This document shows positions 14,896-17,608 of a stretch of 17,608 nt of DNA, in pieces. This DNA is from Promethearchaeota archaeon. GTDB taxonomy: Archaea; Asgardarchaeota; Lokiarchaeia; Sigyniarchaeales; SOKP01. Numbering within the stretch: the first letter of the stretch is position 1; each line of letters starts with the position of its first letter. The notes under the pieces are model-generated. The model was not told the origin of the DNA and did not search any database. It saw only the letters and a list, made by a program, of their open reading frames with translations. The stretch is from contig JABXKD010000072.1 of assembly GCA_013375475.1 (NCBI GenBank), positions 1 through 17,608 of the forward strand, read 5' to 3'. Both the position numbers and the translations under genes were made by a program.

Positions 14896-16815
14896 GTGGC
14901 AGATAAAGAATTACTTACGATACTGAAATCCATCGGAGAGAAAGTGAAAGGGAAAGAATTAACGTTTAAAAGGAATTCCCGCATTTTTTTTGATATTTTA
15001 GAATCTAATAACAATTCCTTTAAAGAATTCAAAGAAAAAATTAGAATAGAATGGGAACAATTCAAGATTAAAAATCAAAATAGAATAATCAAGAAAACCT
15101 ACAGTACATTCTTTTTCAAATATTTTCACGATTATTTTAAATTTTATCTACAGAATTTTTGCGGTTTTGATACGAATTCATTAGACCTAACGATAAAAGA
15201 GAAGATATCTGACGATCAACTATTTTTAGAGTATAGTTATTCCTTATCTCTCGAAGAACAGGAATATTTTAAGGAATTTAACGAGGCTTTTAGCAATGGT
15301 ACAAATGGAGTTGCTTCGCCTATTGGTTATCTTTATCTAGTAGTAGCGATCTTAGGTGTCAATTTGAGAAGGCTCCTAAAAGAACAATTTTATATCGTGT
15401 TAGATGGAGCTATCTTGAAAAATGGTGAAAATAAAAATACTTTAAAATTTTTAGTAGTCATCAAGAATAGTCACGACGAGCTTTTTGATAATTATTACTA
15501 CATGTATTTATATTACTTTTTGAAATACTTTAAAGATGTTCCAAAACCATATTTTGAGAAACTATTAGAGGGTAGAGAAAAAGTATACAAAATTGCGCTT
15601 GACGAATATTCTTCTGCTAAAGATAAACTTGTCGATCTATTATATTACTTTTATAAAAAGTGTAATCTACTCCAGAATATTTCACCCTTATTAGATTTCT
15701 TGAATTTTGTCTGTAGTAGAGTGGAAGACTCAGTTTTTCCAAAACTAGATATAATAAAGAAAGAATTTTTACAGAATTTTGATTACACTGATGAGAAGAA
15801 GAACTCTTTACTTCGAATTTTTGACACAATTGACAAAAAAGCGACTCTATACTCTACATTCCAATCGAATAACCTACCCTCCCAAAAGGCTCAATTTAAT
15901 TTGTTTCTATTGTACACGAAATACTTCTTTGGTAGCGGAAGCTTAGAAGCTTTGGAAGTTGGTGATCTGTTGTTTTTACCGGAGGACTTTAAAATTGCAT
16001 TGAATAGAACTAATAAAAAATTGGATAATGTAATCAACGCTAATACGATAAAAGATATTCAAGAGTTTTTTGATAATTTCTCAATTATATCAAATTCAGA
16101 AAATCCAAACCTATTTTTTCAAATAATTTTTAATAAGGATATCTCTCAGATTAATTACGACTTTTTTAGAGCTTTCTTAAACAGCATAAACACTAGTATT
16201 AAGCGTTTAATTGATACTGAAAACAAAATCTTAGAGGAAAACCCAATCAATGAACCCTTAACCTTTAAATTAGTTGTCGATCATATCTGTAGGATGCTTT
16301 ATGTCCTAATAGATAAAATTTTTATTAGAAAACTTCCAGGGCAAGCATCAAAAAACTTTATTGACCCTAGAAGCCGTTATGTTGGGAGAAATATTGCTTT
16401 GAGGGTATTAGAATTGTTCATGTTCAGCGATTTCAACGTATCAGACGATGTTTGGCCCGATGTTATCATTAGTTTGAATAAGGATACCCTATTAAAAGAT
16501 CTAAAAAATTACCAAATAGAAATTCCAGAAAAGCATTTTTATCAATATGAAGATTTTGACAGATTTCTAATCACTTTTAATTTTTTATCTTCGAAAAATT
16601 TAGTTTTCGAAGAATGGTTAATCAGTGGGATTATTATTCCGATAAATAATTTTATTTTAAAAATTCGCAATTTAATTGAAGAAAGTGGTAAAAAATCTGA
16701 AGCTCATGAAGTTTTGAGACAGTACTTTATTAATAAAACCAAAGAAATCGAAGATATTCAAGATCTAGAATTTATATGTCGTCAAATTTCGGTAATCTGG
16801 GAAGATTTGAGTTAA
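14896..16815 (+). CDS. 639-aa hypothetical, mostly alpha-helical soluble protein
   Basis: Long GTG-start ORF with TATA-like TTTATAAA about 20-25 nt upstream. No family motif recognised. Confidence 0.8.
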   Translation: MADKELLTILKSIGEKVKGKELTFKRNSRIFFDILESNNNSFKEFKEKIRIEWEQFKIKNQNRIIKKTYSTFFFKYFHDYFKFYLQNFCGFDTNSLDLTIKEKISDDQLFLEYSYSLSLEEQEYFKEFNEAFSNGTNGVASPIGYLYLVVAILGVNLRRLLKEQFYIVLDGAILKNGENKNTLKFLVVIKNSHDELFDNYYYMYLYYFLKYFKDVPKPYFEKLLEGREKVYKIALDEYSSAKDKLVDLLYYFYKKCNLLQNISPLLDFLNFVCSRVEDSVFPKLDIIKKEFLQNFDYTDEKKNSLLRIFDTIDKKATLYSTFQSNNLPSQKAQFNLFLLYTKYFFGSGSLEALEVGDLLFLPEDFKIALNRTNKKLDNVINANTIKDIQEFFDNFSIISNSENPNLFFQIIFNKDISQINYDFFRAFLNSINTSIKRLIDTENKILEENPINEPLTFKLVVDHICRMLYVLIDKIFIRKLPGQASKNFIDPRSRYVGRNIALRVLELFMFSDFNVSDDVWPDVIISLNKDTLLKDLKNYQIEIPEKHFYQYEDFDRFLITFNFLSSKNLVFEEWLISGIIIPINNFILKIRNLIEESGKKSEAHEVLRQYFINKTKEIEDIQDLEFICRQISVIWEDLS

Positions 16816-16827
16816 CCGCATTGATTA

Positions 16828-17340
16828 TTAAAGATCCTTAGATAAATCAAAAAGATTACAGAATTCTTTGAAATTCTTTTCAATATCAACTACCGGCAGA
16901 TTTAATTCTTCCAATTGAGTAAAGTTTCTCGTAGTAATTATACCAGATATCATTTTAACATTTTCATTTAACTGTGATCCTATGTGATTTAAATCTTCTA
17001 CACATAAAATAGTTGGGTAAGGTAGATTCCTAAAACTCTCAAAAAAAATGATATCTAATTTAAAGGGGCTGTCATCAAGCCATTGTATTAAATCGTCTAA
17101 AATAACTTCCTTCTTTAGAAAAATTGCACTTTCATCAAATCTATTTTTTATAATGGAAAAGACTGCACCTGATTGAGAGTATCTAAACGAATCTTTTCCT
17201 TCTTCGTCGAGTTGATGTTCGTGTATATATTTTATTACTGCTACTTCAAGGTTTAGTTCTATTCTCAATTTTTTTATAATTTTTTCAATAAGATATGTCT
17301 TTCCACTTCCAGAATACCCAATAACGCTAATTATTTGCAC
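16828..17340 (-). CDS. mobB: Molybdopterin-guanine dinucleotide biosynthesis protein B
   Basis: N-terminal P-loop GYSGSGKT, VAVIKYIH, DEEGKDSFRYSQSGA (DxxGKDSxR...GA), DIIFFESFR. Confidence 0.92.
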   Translation of the reverse strand: MQIISVIGYSGSGKTYLIEKIIKKLRIELNLEVAVIKYIHEHQLDEEGKDSFRYSQSGAVFSIIKNRFDESAIFLKKEVILDDLIQWLDDSPFKLDIIFFESFRNLPYPTILCVEDLNHIGSQLNENVKMISGIITTRNFTQLEELNLPVVDIEKNFKEFCNLFDLSKDL

Positions 17341-17463
17341 AAAAAACCACCAAATCTTAGATTTTGAAAAAAAACCTAGAGATTTAATATAATTATTAAT
17401 ATCTAAAAAGTGTTAAAAAGAATTAACTTTACGTTAAAATGAAAGAAATTATTTCGTGTAATC

Positions 17464-17608
17464 ATGGCAACGAAAAATGAAATAATAGTGTTCGACGCAA
17501 ATTTCTTTATTTGTATGAATTCTATTAGAGCAAAAAACATTCTGGGGAATTTAGAACAAGCAGGCTCCGATTTAGGGTTCAAATATTACATTAGCGCTGT
17601 TGTTTTTG
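17464..17608 (+). CDS. 3'-truncated PIN-domain protein (not in the ORF track)
   Basis: MATKNEIIVFDANFFICM...FKYYISAVVF, open to the window end. The hhhD(A/T)N first strand and the hhSxxVxxE-type second motif are PIN hallmarks. Confidence 0.75.
   Translation, partial: MATKNEIIVFDANFFICMNSIRAKNILGNLEQAGSDLGFKYYISAVVF

Noticed and set aside
912-15829. Short overlapping ORFs in the track (912-1094, 2074-2304, 3487-3705, 4766-5035, 5330-5668, 7615-7887, 10079-10282, 12376-12609, 13075-13551, 14871-15065, 15617-15829)
   Set aside because: They are antisense or off-frame shadows of better-supported genes and carry no motifs.
1-17608. CRISPR array, DGR/retron, transposase, integrase, tRNA or rRNA
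   Set aside because: No regularly spaced repeats, reverse transcriptase/DDE/tyrosine recombinase motifs, or GC-rich cloverleaf/rRNA-like segments were seen by eye.

Overview
AT-rich, gene-dense archaeal chromosomal segment. The gene content and protein style suggest an Asgard archaeon (Lokiarchaeia-like); this is inference, not a database result. In order: a partial helical-repeat protein, a membrane-anchored C25 (gingipain-like) peptidase, a HAD phosphatase, a stand-alone CdhE/AcsC, an MFS transporter, a 1210-aa protein that appears to carry a degenerate zincin-like N-terminus and about four tandem Lrp/AsnC-like wHTH-RAM units, an ADP-forming acyl-CoA synthetase alpha subunit, two membrane proteins, a PurM/HypE-like protein, a 639-aa hypothetical, mobB and a partial PIN-domain gene. 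I see no mobile element, CRISPR array, tRNA or rRNA. The most unusual part is 4070-9766: the two ~450-bp spacers flanking the MFS gene each contain a hairpin, an identical 12-bp TATA-like box and a purine-rich leader followed by an 8-10 codon micro-ORF, next to the giant Lrp-like gene.
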